DNA of 62,967 nt, the filler included, from Octopus bimaculoides (Eukaryota), in the NCBI RefSeq assembly GCF_001194135.2. It is 6 parts of 6 records of this genome, joined end to end, with 100 filler letters (N's around TTAATTAATTAA, not from the genome) between each part and the next. Parts side by side here need not be neighbours in the genome. Positions count along the whole stretch, not along the records: positions 51,511 to 62,967 come from NC_068981.1; 5 more parts are not named here. One strand, given 5' to 3'. This document shows positions 61,801 through 62,967 of the stretch, piece after piece. The translations under genes and the position numbers were made by a program. Position 1 is the first letter of the stretch. Each line of letters opens with the position of its first letter. The notes under the pieces were generated by a model. That model was not told the DNA's origin and searched no databases. It saw only the letters and a list, made by a program, of their open reading frames with translations.

Positions 61801-62967
61801 GTCAGCTGAAAGAAAAAAACTATTGAAATGGTAAACTACTGCATTGTGTAATCAATTTGTGTGGAAAGATATGTTCCGTTATTATCATTTGGCACGTTGT
61901 GACACGTATGACGTCGCCATTGTGTCTCAACAATTTACAGAAATAATAACATAAGGAAAGTAACAGAAGTATTTGTGAAGTCACAGTCTGTTTAACTAAA
62001 CTTTGCTGTTTTGTTTTAATTGTGAGTGCGTGTGTATGTGTGTGTAATTTCATCAAAGAATAATACTATATGAAATTATATACTGTCTTCTGAATTGTAT
62101 CTTTTTTATTGCTTTTGGTGAATACCTTTAAAACATTAAACTTATAGATTAGTTATTCTAAACTTTACTTAAGTGATCTTTGAAATATCAAAAGAAATAT
62201 AGCTTCAAGTCCATTAAAAAAAGATCTAAAAGTGTTTATTGATCTAGAAACAACCCGACTAACTATTATTAAAGCAGCCATTCCTCCATATATTAGAAGG
62301 TGGTACACAACGTTTGCTGCAAAATTAATAGTTTTCGAGAATATGCTATCTTTTGTTATATATATCTTCACAATATTTTGAGTAACACACTCATTTCAGT
62401 GTGTTCTAAAAGATAATCTTAAGCATGAAGAATAAAAATAAAATTATCAATATTATATACATGCATTATTATATGAAAATACAGATGCACACATACGTGT
62501 ATGAGCGTGTGCTTCTCTCTGCGTCTATGTAAATTTCTATATGTGTGCATAAGCGAGTATTTTTGTGTGTGCAGCTATACAAATTCATGAATAGGCAAAT
62601 ATCTTTTATATATTTATCAATGAAGAAATGTACATTAATATCGAAATAAATAATCTCCTAAAACTGACAAGATATATTTGCGAATAGTTAGCTACCATGT
62701 TGAAAACGTTATATTATCAAATTTTCTTGGGGATAGAACATAAAAATTCAAATTTACATTAAGTGAGAACATTTACAAAGTAAGTCATACTATACGTGAT
62801 CATGATATTATATATGACAATATAATAATAAACAGCAAGATCATATGAAAATATATAATACACACACACACAAACAAGCACAAGCACATACGCACAAGGA
62901 CAAAGACACACGCACGCACAAACACACACACACACATAAAACACACACACACACACACACACACACA

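Overview
Eukaryotic, AT-rich, gap-ridden draft genomic DNA with dense microsatellites and tRNA-derived SINEs. It is most consistent with an octopus (coleoid cephalopod) assembly; this is inferred from the repeat families and is not proven. Most entries in the ORF track are microsatellite or N-gap artefacts. Reading splice sites by hand gives 12 plus-strand GT-AG coding exons between <12216 and 35431 whose intron phases all match. Exons 1-9 encode a large, low-complexity protein with ankyrin repeats and a following putative coiled-coil segment resembling synphilin-1 (SNCAIP). Exons 10-12 encode the N-terminal part of phosphatidylserine synthase 2 (PTDSS2: [15 protein letters not shown]...[31 protein letters not shown]). 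A 26-nt microexon links the two in frame, so this is either a fusion/read-through gene or two tandem genes. A scaffold join of unknown size lies between them, so the question needs RNA data. The remaining PTDSS2 exons were not found in the window. Candidate antisense exons lie at 42-49 kb. Mobile DNA includes two mariner relics, a hAT MITE with an 8-bp TSD, a piggyBac-type MITE, RTE and R4/Dong LINE fragments, Penelope-like RT/GIY-YIG fragments with hammerhead-like motifs, and several SINE families. The last 9 kb are unusually poor in young repeats.
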